The notes below the pieces were generated by a model that saw only the letters and a program-made list of their open reading frames with translations, had not been told where the DNA came from and did no database searches. From Catajapyx aquilonaris (lineage: Eukaryota), in contig KZ538030.1 of the NCBI GenBank assembly GCA_000934665.2, positions 1 through 64,000 on the forward strand: a stretch of DNA of 64,000 bases. Direction: 5' to 3'. Positions 39,029-52,492 of this stretch are shown one piece after another. How positions within the stretch are numbered: the first letter of the stretch is position 1; every line of letters starts with the position of its first letter. The position numbers were made by a program, and so were the translations under genes.

Positions 39029-41461
39029 TTACAGTCACTAACAAATAGTTGCAATATTTTTGCTTATACTAGACTAATTGGCGCATCCTTTTGAAACTGT
39101 GTATCCATTTTATCCAAACGAACATGTTAATCGTGTAAATTTAGTGCAATTTATGGACTAGCGCTTTCGATTTTAGCCCTTCAAATGAACTGTATGAAAA
39201 GCAGAGTGATTTGGAGTATATGAGCACTAAATGAAGTGTGCTTTAATGCACTCTAAAAATGCAATGTGAACTTGCGACATTTTGCGAAAGTGTGTTCTCC
39301 ATTTATGTGTATGACACACACATTGGATGCCTAACTTTGTGATAGTTTTTCCCTGTAATTTCCGATCGGCTTGGAAAAATATGCAAGCGCTTTTGATGAA
39401 AAAGCGTCACATTGTTCGATGTACAGTATCAGAACAATGGACGGCTCTCGGGTGTGGAGTTGGCAACTATTTAAAAATTCGTAACTTGGCTATACAGTGC
39501 TTCATTTTGAACCCGGTTTTTGTTGCGAAAGGCCTCGCTGTTTTAATTGCAAGCGCAACGGTAAATGACAACCGCTCGGCACCAACTGAATTATAGTAAT
39601 TGTTCCCTTCGTCCCCGTACGTTTTCGCACATTCATTACAGTCACAGGGTGATTATCCCTTAGTTGACTGATTCCAAAGTGAGTGTCGTGCTCATCTGTC
39701 ATTCCAAACGGAGACAATTTCATTGCAAACGCTTCCCGAGGATCAAAACACTTTTGGAATCAGTTGTCCGTCAGTGAAATGACAGATAGAACTGTTTAGC
39801 CATGCCATTGGAGCGACAGGGTCTATTAATTATAAAATGTGCAGAAGCGATCATGGACAGAAAAATTGTCGTGATTTGATCTACCTCCATTGTACAGTAC
39901 GTAACTGGTTATTGCGTGCCCAGTCAATCTTATCATACAAACGTCATTCTCCAACGAACAATGGGAGAGATAACCTACATATGTGCTCAGCAATCTCCCC
40001 CCCCAAAAATATTTTAGCAATTTTGATACCATCTGTTTCTTTCTATCAAAAATATATATTCTCACCTTCCATAGTTCGTGTTGCATCTGCAGGATTTTCT
40101 GCAGAAGACGAGTTTTCTTTTTTACCTAAACTGATCTCGTTTTCTGCTGCGAGGCATTGCTCATTCAAGACACACTCGGGCCTAGGAAGATGGTTGGGGA
40201 GGGGAACTTGGTCGATGTCTCTGAAGGACATGGTTTGAGGGGGGGTTCCATGTCAACTTTTGCCCAGAAGTTTTTGACTTTAGGGACCGAATAGACGGGG
40301 GAGGGATAGTTTGGAGATGGGGGAGGAAAAGTAACGTCGTTATATCGTAGCAAAAAAAAGGAGAGTTGATATGCATGGTGAGAAGGGCTTGGTGGAATCA
40401 AAGGCGCCATTTTATGCTCTAATTCCTGGGACGTCCTACAAAATGGGGGGAGTTTATTTGGGAAAGGGGGGAGGGTTGAAAACACCTTTTTAAAAAGGAT
40501 TAAGCGTCGATAAAACTAAAAGTGAATTTGACTCTCACCAAAAAAGCGCATTATTGGATATAATAGAGGGCTTTCTCATTCATGGTGTACACGAAATGTT
40601 TTTTTGGCAGACCCCGAGAGCTTCATTGTTAATACTGGCTAAAATGGCCGGGGAGAAAATCCGGATTTAAATGCTGATAACCTATAATTACGAGACGGCC
40701 TTTAGCTCGTTGCATGTTTTAATATTAATGTCACACATCAAATGAAAAATAGGGGCCCGATTGTCGACTTCACTAGAGAAGTTTCGAGCTCGTAAAGAAT
40801 ATTTTTTGTGTGTGTGTGTGCACTGCAATGCTATAAATCGCCCCCAGATATTGTCAACCTCCCGTTTCATACATTATACATGCCATTTTGAACCAGTCGT
40901 AAGGAACACTCTCACAGTTAGCTACTAATGAATCATGAATAACTTTTATCACGCATTTTTTATGGGAGAGTCTCGAGACTGTCAGACTATACATGGACCA
41001 CTGAAGCTGAGGACTAACAAGCTGACCTCGGTCGAAAAGCCGAGTTTGAATTTCTACAGTAAGCAAGTTGAAAAGTTGTGAAGTGGAAGGAAAGTGCAGG
41101 AAGCAGCTGGAGAAGAAGAAGAAGAAGAAGAAAAAAAGTTTTCTTCGATTCTCTCTCTCTTTCTCTCTAGATGCCTCTTCAGCTGTATCGAACCGACTGC
41201 ATCGCAGACTTTCCGTCTCCATATCACGCCGACTGATGGATTGAGAAAACAAGTCCATCAGCATGCTGCCCCGATATAGGTAAAAATAAAAGCTGAGAGA
41301 GAAAGTTCGTCCAATGACCCGGAGGAATTTTGACGTTATGCCGTGACCGCATAAACTGCTTTCGTCCACACGACATCCTAGATTAGAAGCCGGTTCTATG
41401 GAACGAGGTTGTCACTAGACGAAAATGAGAAGGATACCCACGTTGTCAGGCATGGGTTGGT

Positions 41462-41509
41462 TTAGGTTAGGTTAGGTTAGGTTAGGTTAGGTTAGGTTAG
41501 GTTAGGTTA
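41462..41509 (+). repeat. Interstitial (TTAGG)n array
   Basis: About 9 perfect TTAGG units. Confidence 0.9.
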
Positions 41510-42540
41510 CCTTTGCCACAATCAATTTTTTTTCTGAAAATGTAACTCTGGTAAAAAATAATTTTGCTGAACATTACTGTAAATATTGACATCAGATCTG
41601 TTGCGTACAAAATGACGTGTGAATGAGATCATCTCGAGGTGACAATTTTAGTGGGCTTACAAATGAGCCAAAGTTCCGGTTTTGTAATCAGATTGCATCG
41701 CCCTTTTCCATCACAAGAGGGGCCTATCGGAGGTCGAGTAGGGAGCCAGGCTAATCCGGGATAAACAGCGATGGGAAAAGGGGCAGATGCGAAGCCTCTC
41801 ATGAGCATCCATTACGCCTTTTCTTTACTTTTCCCCTCCTCTTTTTCTTTACTGCTAAAGTGTGCATCGATTGAGGTCTTCCACCCACATAATACCATGC
41901 TTGTTAAGTTACTATAAGATGCTGGTTGTAAGCTGATTAAAATGGCGTCAGGCGCTACTAATATTGATATAGCCTACACGTCGACAAAAATATGAAATAA
42001 CAATATTTTTGTTAATTTTCTTCAATTTTGTTCACCTAGTTGTTAACCTCCAAGCAGCTATGAGCACACACTTTACTTTGACACAACAAGACTTTCTTGC
42101 TTGTCATATGCAGCGCACTGCACCGGATCCGAGACCTAGAAATCTCTCGACACTTGACTACAAGAGATAAAGACCAGCATATCTACAAAGTGCTTTCCTT
42201 GCCACTCGGTACTCCTTCGGCTTTGCAAATTAGTCGCGGTTGGCAGATCATAAGGCAACCGTCCGTAATGTAATTTTCAAACTGCTTCCCCGTGTAAGGC
42301 TCCGGATTCGGTTCAGCCGCTGTTGGGATAAGGCGACGACGGATTTCCCCCGGAACTATTATCCAACACGAGCATGATGGAAGTCGACGCCTTGATGACA
42401 GCCTATTCTAACAGTGCAATAAGGTGCTTTTTAGCTTCTTTATTCCTGCCAAAAAGTTCAGGCCTGGAAAACAACTGTGCGAACTCTGAGCAAAATCTGA
42501 ATTAAATGAAGGTATATGCTGCATGCAACACAAATTTGGG

Positions 42541-42706
42541 TTAGGTTAGGTTAGGTTAGGTTAGGTTAGGTTAGGTGAGACCCAACGCTAACCTAACTAA
42601 CCCAACCGTTGGGTTCAGGAAGGTTAGCTTAGGTTAGGTTAGACCCAGCGCTAACCTAACTAACCCAACCGTTGGGTTTAGTAAGGTTAGGTTAGGTTAG
42701 GTTAGG
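42541..42706 (+). repeat. Interstitial TTAGG array interleaved with a duplicated 63-bp unit
   Basis: (TTAGG)7, then two copies of GACCCA.CGCTAACCTAACTAACCCAACCGTTGGGTT at 42579 and 42642, each followed by TTAGG units. Confidence 0.85.
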
Positions 42707-45700
42707 ACAACATCTCAATTATACGACTGTGTTGTAAATCAACATGATTTCATAAAGTGGTCCTTTGGTGTCCAGCCACAATAATAATTATCCTCGTTGG
42801 ATGGACGCGCCCGTATATTTCACCCGAATTTGCGTTTTTCCCTGAAGTTTCCTGCAGCGATTTGTCTTGGAGAGCTAAACTACGTGAAGCCAAAAGGCAA
42901 TCACCTACAGATGGCGGGTTTAGCGTCTGAAATGCGCCGGGAGACCAAGGTTTGATAAATAGGTGAACACACCCCCAATCCAAAGCCGTTTTCTCCAAAC
43001 CTTCTCTCTACCTCCTAGCACACAAGCGAGTAGCAGCGTAAAAAAACAGCGCCTAATGATGAAAAATGTGGCCCATGTTTTTTTTGTGGAGCATCCAACT
43101 TAAATTATGTATGTGGACAGGGGGTAGGAAGGATCTGAAAACAAACTGCTGCTGGCATTATTTATTATTTGAAATTCGAATTTTGTCGATTCTGTATATA
43201 TGGAACGAATAAGGGGTAATATAAATAAAATAAATATGATCATACCCATATGCAGTATCGTGGTGTTCTGAACCCTTTGTATAGTATAAACCCTCAACTA
43301 TATTTTCTCCTCGTTCTAACCGGTCCTGCTTGGGTTAGTACTGAATCCAACGATTTTTTCGTTCCCTTTTTTGGGCGAGGGGGGGGGGGGGCAGGAGGAG
43401 GTTCAAAAACTCAGCTTTTCTCTCTCTCATCTGGCGCACTGCCGGTTCCTACCAGAGGGGGCCAAAACCATCGGAAAATCCATTACTAGCCGGCGGTTTG
43501 AGTTTGTCGACTGCGCCCGTCTCAAGTATCAATGCGCCAAAACGCCACCGTGAATTTGCATCTGAATGCAGATTTTCACAGGGGGGGGAGGGGGTGGGTG
43601 GGAGGAGGATTTCGGGTTTAGATGCTGGTCAAGGGCTAGGTGAAATTCGTGGTGGTGCACATATTTATGTACAGGGAGGTTAATGAAAGAAGAGTCATGA
43701 GGAAGATGTCCAAAAGAATGTCCAGGATTCACTGTATACTGCTATATAAATGATAAAATCGAACCAAATCAACAATTATATGCAAAACCATTAAATCATA
43801 CTACGCCATATGTAAAATAACTCATTATTAATAATTATGCATATATGATAGGTAAATTTTGCAAACAAATGTAGAATTATTCTTGAAAAATCAAAATTTT
43901 GGACGCCATATTTTAGAATCACTTTTCCTGCAAAGTATGGTTGGATTGTTGGATCACCCTGTATTTCGTTGAGGGAACTCGAATGGGGGGTTGTGATTAA
44001 ATGGATGCGGGGTTGAGCTGGTAAATATTAATTTGCGGGTACGATTGAGCGTGGTTTGTTGTTGGAGAGGGTGGGGGAGGCATAGGGAAAAGGGTGGGAG
44101 AGGTGTAATAAAATGCAAATATGCCGATTACGTGATGCCTTTGTGACCGAGAGGATGACAAGGATTTTGCAGCTTTTCACTGGTTACAGGTCGATGTAGG
44201 TGTTGTAACAATGCAGGGAAAGAAGGTTAAAAAAATGTAAGCAGATTATTTTCCCTTGAAATGTATGCATGTACTGGACAAAAATTATACAAAAATGGAC
44301 TACAAATGCATCGATATTTTTTTAAACTATTCCATCATGCCCCATGCTATGTATGCGGGCATATATAATTTACATCTCGTCACCATAACGCGTTTTAGGG
44401 GGTTCAAACCGAAACCCGAATAATGGTCAAATTACACAGGTCGCTTCCCGTCACTTGTTTCACCCCGGCAGAGATAATGCCATTGTTGCGACCCGATTGC
44501 AAAACCATTACGCTTGCTTTTCATGCTATGCCGTTGCAATGTTTTGCTAAAAGGTTAGCAAATTATACCCCCAGTACTCTCTCATTATTTGGAATCCGGT
44601 CTGGATTATACCCAATTTTTCATTCAAACCATTGCGTGCACGTTGGACAGGCCTACTAGCCCGGTAGATGGCGCTGTGCACACTGCGATGACTCACCGCG
44701 GACAAACCAGTCGGGGGCAGTGAAACGGTTAACTTCCAGTAAATCCGGTCCTGAGCTTGGGATGCTGCGTCTATTTTTGGGACAACACTTGCAGCTATAT
44801 CTGGGGCGCCAAAAATCGAAATGAGAACTTCATTCGTGGGCAATTCCACTAACTTTCTTAATTTAGCGATGGCAGTGGGAGTGGCTGCAAGATAAGCATA
44901 TACCCAAGCTCCTCGTCTTGCATCCTGAGGGAGCCATCATCCTTACAGGCTCCCTCAGGCTTTTGCATTTCCTCCAATTTAACCCTCTGCAGCAAGCCAT
45001 CACTTGGTCGCTCCTGAGGCTTGGTGTGTGCCCAAGATCTTGCGTTTCTGATGAACAACTAATAAACGCGTGTGTGCTCTCTTAAGAAAGTCTTGTGAAA
45101 TTCCAAGTCTAGCTGCTGGGTGATGTTGAAGTCGGACTATATTGATTTTAGCAAAGCCTCGACCTCCTTGCCTACCCTTCTACCCCCCATCTACCTCCTC
45201 ACCTCACCTCTTGTCTTATGCTGTGGTTAATTACGAGCTCCTTTTCACACCTTCAAAATATAAGATTCATTTTCCAAAGCTTGCCATAAATTAACCTAGT
45301 TTGGTGGTTTCCACGTCGCTGGAATGGACGTGATGGTACGAATGTTTCATATCCGGAGAGATATGGCTAGATAGTTGGAAATTGATCAAATAAATTTGAG
45401 TGGAAATTGAATTCGTCTAAATCTGATTTTAGTCATTTTCACTCATTATTTCATAACACAAAGAATAACTTTATTTGCCATTTTTATTCTCACTTTTCAA
45501 TTACACTCAATATGACCTGTTCTCATAATTAATTTTTATTTTGTATTTTAGGAGGCATTTATTTATTTATTTATTTATTCGTTCATTTTGGATTTTAGGA
45601 GATACATGCATAGCATTGTTAACAGGTCAAGTATTATGGTGGCAAAATTAGCAAATATTGAAAGAAAAATTACCAGCAAATATTACCTAGCTTAATACAT

Positions 45701-47260
45701 AAAACGTATAATGTTCCAGCATGCCATTTATAATTAACTAGCTGATAATACTAATTGACGCTAGTTGGCACCCCCCAAATCATTCTGGAAGCTAAAACAC
45801 AGCTAATAACTATACTCACCTCCGTGATAAATCTATTTTTTTTTGGACCTGCTGCTAAACCCAGTTATAATTTAATTCGCAACAAAAATAGCAAACGTGT
45901 CCCTGCGTATTTGCATGGCTGCAGGGCGTGAAAATTTTATGCCGATTAATAATGCACTCCTTTTGTTCCTGGTTAATGACGGAGGCAGCAGAACAACGAA
46001 ATTCGATATCACGGTCCGCATTTATGCAGGTCTACCAACCAGGCATTGTTTCCTACCATTTTGATCACTGTTGTGTTAACAACAGTGCAGTTATTCAGCA
46101 CAAAAGTGAGCGTATCTTTAAAACGAAAAAAATATATTTAAAAGTGCAGGCCGAACACTAGTGAACCTCTTTCCAAAACTATCCACGTAGTACCATATCC
46201 CTCATATAGATGGCGCGTACTCACTCCGGACAAACAGAGGCACAGACTGGATATGAAATTCCAATTTATGCCCTTGGCTGTTTTCAATTATCGGAGCCTG
46301 GCAAAATCGCAAGAAAATATGGGCTCAAATAGAATGCCGGCCAAAAATAGCTTCAAAAAAAGATTCAAAAAAAATTGGAGCGGAACTATTGATTGGATGG
46401 ATGGGGGGGGGGGGGGNGGGGCGCTAACGGAAGTCGATTTTTGTGCCAAAGGGGGAAAAACCTGGCTGGGTATGCTTGAGTGACATTTTGAAGGAACAGT
46501 AAGCATTTATCGCAGCTCAATATACAGCTAATGTGGATCTAGGTCATGAGCTTTAAAAGGCAAAAGCACAGGCAAATAATTATTGCAACCTACGCACTTT
46601 CTACAGGTATGTTTGACCTTTTGCAATACCAAATATTTGATGTGTACATGGTAGAACATGCAAAAATATTAATTCCATGAAAAAATATTGCTGTAAATTT
46701 TAGATTGAAACGACAGTGTAAATTTTCGCTTAAAACGAATGGCTATTCATTGAAAATCTGACATTATTTATCATTAATTTTTATGAGCCGAATATTAGCT
46801 ACACAGTCACATGGGGATAATTTCGTTAAAAGCCATTATTTTTGACTGATTTCGTTGTTGTCGCAAGCACACCGGCCTGTTTGCAACACCGGTCAATATT
46901 TATTACCTAGTTTGACCCCTCCCATTAGCAAAAGTACACAAACTGTCATAATTTTTAAAAAACTGAAGCCCTCTCCACATACCATCCATGTCACGACATC
47001 ACCCCACCGACATTGACACTAATTGACCACATTAGTACGACACCTGACAAACAATTCTTAGTACCTATAGTACACCTCGGAAGCGTTCAATACTCTTTTG
47101 GCCCCCCTCTCTTCCTATTATCGTATTGATCAACCCCAACGTGTAACACATGCCGTGTGTGTGTGAAGCGTCGGAAGCGTCGTTGTGCCGTCGCCAGATG
47201 GGAGCGTCGTCCGGAGATTGCAGTACATCGCGACGGTGGCGACGGTGCTGCTGGAACAAG

Positions 47261-50105
47261 ATGGCAGAATGGTGCTCGGTGACAATGTGGACGAGTGTCT
47301 GGTGGTGCCTGCTGTGCTACCAATGCCTCTGGTGCCAGGCAGGGGAGCACCAGAAGCACCATCAGACCAACAAGAACATGAGTGGAAACGAGGTGACGTC
47401 GACTGTTACGACGATCAGTCCGATGGTGCAGCATTTGAGCAACCTGACACTGAACCAGACAGCGTCGTTTTTTGCCAAGAGGGACCAGCAGGTACAGGGT
47501 GCTGCAGCTACGGAGAGGAGGATGCGACACGACAGCGCGGTGGTCGACGTGGCGGTGGCCATCATTGGCATCGTCATGTTCGGATCGCTGGTCTTCATGA
47601 TGTTCTTCTTTTGGAGGCGATACAAGTACATTACTGCCAGGTAATGACGGAGCCAGGACCGAATATTTGCATATATGCAGAGGATATAAGGTCATGTTGC
47701 AAGTGGTAGTACTTATAGCCAGATGATACCATGAACCGCGGCCATATTGGATCCTAGGCCTATGTCAAGTGAATATTGCTTGATGGACATTGTTGCTGTT
47801 GTATAATCCTTGCAATTTTAGTAGTACTTGCATGAAACCTTAAACTCCAACTCAATATTTTGAGTAGCATTCAACTATTTTCAATTGATTCAAAATGAAT
47901 GAAAACACATTGCCTTAAGCTCTTCATGTTGCATTCTACATTATACAATGTAATAGTAATGTACAAACAGCATTATTTGCATTTGGGACAGGTTTGACAT
48001 CAGCGATAAGAGCTATCTCTCATGACAGTCATGAGCTAATGGGCTGTTTACAGAGCCATTTACTTGTCGCAATAGAGATTTAATAGGTTTTTTTCTGCAT
48101 GTGCCAAAAAGTATGAGCCTTCATACAACAGTACTGACCTACACCATTGGATTAAGCTAATGTCTTCGATATAATTATTGATTACATATCAAGTAACGGT
48201 ATGTGATTTTTATAACGTCAGAAGAATATGCATGTAGTCTACTGAAGCAATATTTTGTGAATAATGTGCATAAATTATTAATTTACCAAAATGAAAATTC
48301 TGTAGTCATATTCAAAATTAATCCATTTCGTGACTGAGTTTTTGATTTTTTTTATTGACCTTTAGACGTTGTTATTATAACCCTATTGGCTTTAAAATTG
48401 TGTAATCCCTCTCCCTGCATGATGGGCAAAAGTTGAACAGAACGACGCAAAGGTCATCAGACAAGAATAGCCTTCAATGTCAAACTTCTCATTATATTTC
48501 ACGGTACATGGTATACATATTTCACGCTTCCAGAGACCCAGAAAACAGGGGGAATGGCAATTACAGGTTTTCACAACATGACAGAAAAGTTTTGCCCTGA
48601 TCCAACGCCGTGTCGCAGAAGATGTATTAAAAAGTAGTCTCGTCGTTTCCCCAAATGCAAAAACTTTTTTTGGGCCAAGATTATTCGCAACGGTTCACTG
48701 CTTCTGCAATGTCATTCACACTGCGCATTGATCGATTTTATCATGCCATGAACTTTCAGTCCACACTACATTTTTCGATGGTAAATACAGAATAAAGCTG
48801 TTATTAATAATTTATATGAGCTCTAGGTTTATTGTCGATCAACATGAAATTACCTTAATTTTGGCAATTTTAATGATCAGATCGCACAAACTCAAATTAT
48901 GCCGAGTTACTTAAAATACCTATACATAATTGGAGATTTTCTTAATTTGCATTCACACAACCGGACATTAGACATTTAATCAGAACATTTTAAGATCTTG
49001 TACAGTAATGACTTTAATCTCGCAGATTCCCCCAAAATTCAAATGCTCGTAAACAAATTCGCATTGCGATTACCCTCCATTACGTTATCAACATTTACAA
49101 CTTCTTTATCCCGTCGTAAAACACTAGGACCCTCCAAGTACCGTCATTTACAATCTCTCTTTTTTTTGGTACATTTCCTCCCATTTTTTTAAAAAAAAAC
49201 TATGGGTATTGCCTTCACAGCATTCCAACTTATCGTTACTCGAGACTGAACCAGCGCGACGAGGAAGCAGATGTTATCGGAGAAGATGAGTTAGGACTGG
49301 GCCTATCTCTAGAACCATCTTCCTCAGAGGATGAGGTAAAGTGCAAGGACTCACTTAATCCATCCGCAGTATCTATTTCCTGCCATGGTTCGTTAATTAT
49401 TTCGACATCGCTTTAGATCAATAGAGAACAGCTCTTTCTTCTTAAGCCTTTTTTTTGGGGGGGGGGGTCCTTTTTTTAGAGAGGTTGTATTGCCACTTTT
49501 ATTGCTAACTGCAAAAAGTGGTAATGATCTCTGCGGAAAATCTTGAACGGCCCCATTTTCTCAGCTATTGTGAAAGTAATGACAACAGGCCACCGGAAAA
49601 GTACAGTTCACTTAAAAACGATGCTGCACTGTGAGAGTTATGAAGTAAAAAAAATACGTGTAGGAAATGTACAGTCAATTGGGATTTAGAAGCCGGTTTT
49701 AGAAGGTCATTTTAATTTTTGGGCTGAAAATGAAGTTATTAAAAGATTGAGTGGGCTATGTATATATTTTTTGAATTAAATTAATTAATTTGTTAAATAA
49801 TGTCACAGAAATTTGTATATTTTATTACCATATTGTTACTAATATTGTTAATTATTTCCCAACAGATGCAACCGGCCACTTTACCAACAATGACCACACA
49901 AATGAATTGCTCCGTAAGAGGGTCGACTTACCATCCGGTGCAAAACCACGGCAAGGATTACCACAACGGGGTGGTCACTAGGGTCAGTGCGTCCGTCCTT
50001 GAAGATTCTGACGAGGTAATTAACATGTTATCTCCTAGAAGGTTTGCTAGAGCGCAGATGGGAACTTATTATATTTTTCGTACTTTGCAGGAGCTGCTCC
50101 AATAG
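47261..50105 (+). CDS. Uncharacterised single-pass type I membrane protein (~219 aa) with YxxL and C-terminal DxxLL sorting motifs
   Basis: Exons 47261-47640, 49221-49335, 49866-50015 and 50091-50105, all GT-AG and phase-consistent (660 nt). Hydrophobic N-terminus, Thr/Asn-rich ectodomain, TM segment VAVAIIGIVMFGSLVFMMFFFW followed by RR, tail with YRYSRL, ends LEDSDEELLQ*. The start codon could be the upstream ATG at 47150. Confidence 0.75.
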
Positions 50106-50889
50106 AACCTGGTTTTTTGATAACAATGCATCGTCCAAAAAGTATGGCTAACGCTGGTGTGCTTGGTGGCCAAAGTGACCTGTAGTGTGGAACACTTGAA
50201 TCAATGACGGTTTGTTGTACATTATTGTACCAATCATCTTCCATAAAAAAATATGTCTGCTATATGGAGAGAAAAAAGCCAAATCAAGTGTATAGGTGGA
50301 TAAACGCGATTATACAAAAAAAACTGATGTATTTCCAACAGTGATTGGTAGCAAACCTCTTATAACTTCTCAAGAATGACACCAGAGCTCACCAGTTATA
50401 GCTGCACGGTTGGAAATACATCCAGAACTTAGTTGCACATCGACATATTTAATTTCTGAACACGAATTGTGACACGAAACACTAGAATTTAAAAAAATTA
50501 GGTACTCCATTGCAACTAAGATCACAATTTTTTAAAAAGGGGAAAAAAGATGAACAAGCTCCAATATATCGGTTATGTTTATGTACGTGGTCCCAGTGTG
50601 ATTATCCTCCCCAAACAATGCCGAGACCATTCGCTCACTGTACATAAATACCGTAGTCCCCCACCCCCCATACTTCCAATTATATAATTTTGCGTCCTAT
50701 CTCGCTTTATGTGCATTTATTTGCGACGTCTATTTTTTAATTATTTTTTACTATAAATGTTCTTAGAGACGGTACATGATGTCTCAGAAAAAGCGGTACA
50801 AAAAAGTAGCATAATATACATTGGCTTTTGACACCGGGTGACTCCCTCAAAAAAAAATCCTGTTATACTCTTGTACTATACGACGACTG

Positions 50890-51463
50890 TCACTCGTCGT
50901 CGAATCGGTCTTGATACGCGTTTTTTAAGCCCGGGACGTAGAAGACGTTTGCTCTAAAGTCGTCCTTTCCGTCGGCTCCGTACTGGACAATCCTGATGAG
51001 TCCATCTGGTTGGGCCACACGATACTCGCCCCTCACTTTGTTCCCATCACGACTCTCGTGAAGACTCTTGTAGTCGCCTGTGTGAGTGTCTTTCACGCCG
51101 TACGATATCTCGAACTCGCGATGACCCTGTAAAAAAAATATAATAACCGATGAGACAAAAAAAATATGGTTACTTTGAAATAAATGGTGAAATGCGACGC
51201 AACTCATAGTTTTTTAACTGCCATCAATCCTGATACTAATTAATATTTTACAGCCCGCTAATAAGAGAGCAACTGATAACTTTTGTGTGTTAGATATTGC
51301 CAGTATGACTCACGTGTTTTTGTGCTTCCATCCCTTGCACCAGCACCAGAACCACGGCGGCAACAATAAGACTCTGAAACCGGACAATGTTGACGCAACA
51401 ACAATGCAGGACGACAATAAAGTAAGTCGCATATAAGTGTGTATATACCTTCGTGAAAGCCAT
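50890..51463 (-). CDS. Cuticle protein with Rebers-Riddiford (Chitin_bind_4, RR-2-like) domain, ~103 aa
   Basis: Exons 51463-51449 (MAFTK), 51373-51314 (rest of signal peptide SLIVAAVVLVLVQGMEAQKH) and 51126-50890 (FEISYGVKDTHTGDYKSLHESRDGNKVRGEYRVAQPDGLIRIVQYGAD), all phase 0. The short first exon is typical of this family. Confidence 0.9.
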
Positions 51464-51541
51464 AACTCTGGATCCTTCCTTCTGCTGCAGCACACACATC
51501 TCTTCCTCACAATATCGGTTATGTGGCTGCTGCCCGCCTTC

Positions 51542-51548
51542 TTTTATA
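51542..51548 (-). promoter_or_regulatory. TATA box of the cuticle protein gene
   Basis: TATAAAA on the minus strand, about 80 nt upstream of the ATG at 51463. Confidence 0.65.
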
Positions 51549-51926
51549 GGTTTGCCTTCCAGATCCGAAAGTTACGCTCCAATGTAACTTATACTGCCAC
51601 GCAATAAATGTAGCAGCAGCCGTCTTTTCCAAACTTCCTTGACGAAACCCTTATCCTCCTTTCTCTCTCTTAATTAGAAATTGGTTTGACCAGCAGTATA
51701 CTGACCAAATAGTGGAAACGCTCATTTTACGTAACCGACACCCATCGTTTGAGCTCCGATTCGCCAAATTCAACATGTAATTGAGAAAGGCTTATTGCTT
51801 TGTAATACACATCACGCAACTAGCAGCTCATTTCAAACAAGGTGCGCTATAATACCATATAAATTATGTATCTAGCCAAATTTTTAAGGAGAATCTCAGA
51901 AGATTTATCAACATAACCTTCCCAAA

Positions 51927-51955
51927 CAGCAACAACAACAACAACAACAACAACA

Positions 51956-52001
<46 letters not shown>

Positions 52002-52069
52002 GCTACTACTACTACTACTACTAGCTGCTACTACTACTACACTACCACCACCACCACCACCACCACCAC
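51927..52069. repeat. Compound trinucleotide microsatellite (CAA)n(CTA)n(CCA)n
   Basis: Directly visible, between the divergently transcribed cuticle and ATP synthase gamma genes. Confidence 0.95.
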
Positions 52070-52492
52070 AATAATATCGCCAGTAAATTGCATGGAGGTC
52101 ATGATCGGATCACATGTCATTAAAAATCAGGCTATATTTATAATACTGTGTAATAAAGTACGGTACTGTATATACTCGTGGGGTGCATTCAGTTTCCGGG
52201 CCGTGGACTACACAGGGCGATTACTGAACGCACCCAAGATGTCTGCCGTCTTTCACATTTTTATTCATAATTACGTGCAATTACGCTACGTACGCGCTGA
52301 TTTAATTGTCGCAATTAATTATCTTAAACGTTGGATTAAATTCGTGTGGACATTTTGATCGGATAGAGGGCGTTGAGGTCGTCCCTTCTTTCCGGTTCGT
52401 CCATCTTGTCCGGGGGCCAGCAGCTCCCCATCGATTCTTCCGTGTTTATCCCGCCCCGGGGCCAGCCCTACAGACAAAAACCCGGGTCCAAA

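Noticed and set aside
43890..43963. Tc1/mariner-like end GGATCACCCTGTA
   Set aside because: No matching opposite TIR found; at most a fragment.
35900..45060. Scattered exon-like segments (e.g. minus 36083-36242, minus 44907-45050, plus 41171-41279)
   Set aside because: Splice-like flanks are present, but there is no recognisable protein and no consistent chain of phases. They cannot be supported without RNA data.
17293..46420. Frequent G/C homopolymer runs, three containing an N (17305, 24890, 46418)
   Set aside because: Run lengths are unreliable assembly features and no consistent functional context is visible.
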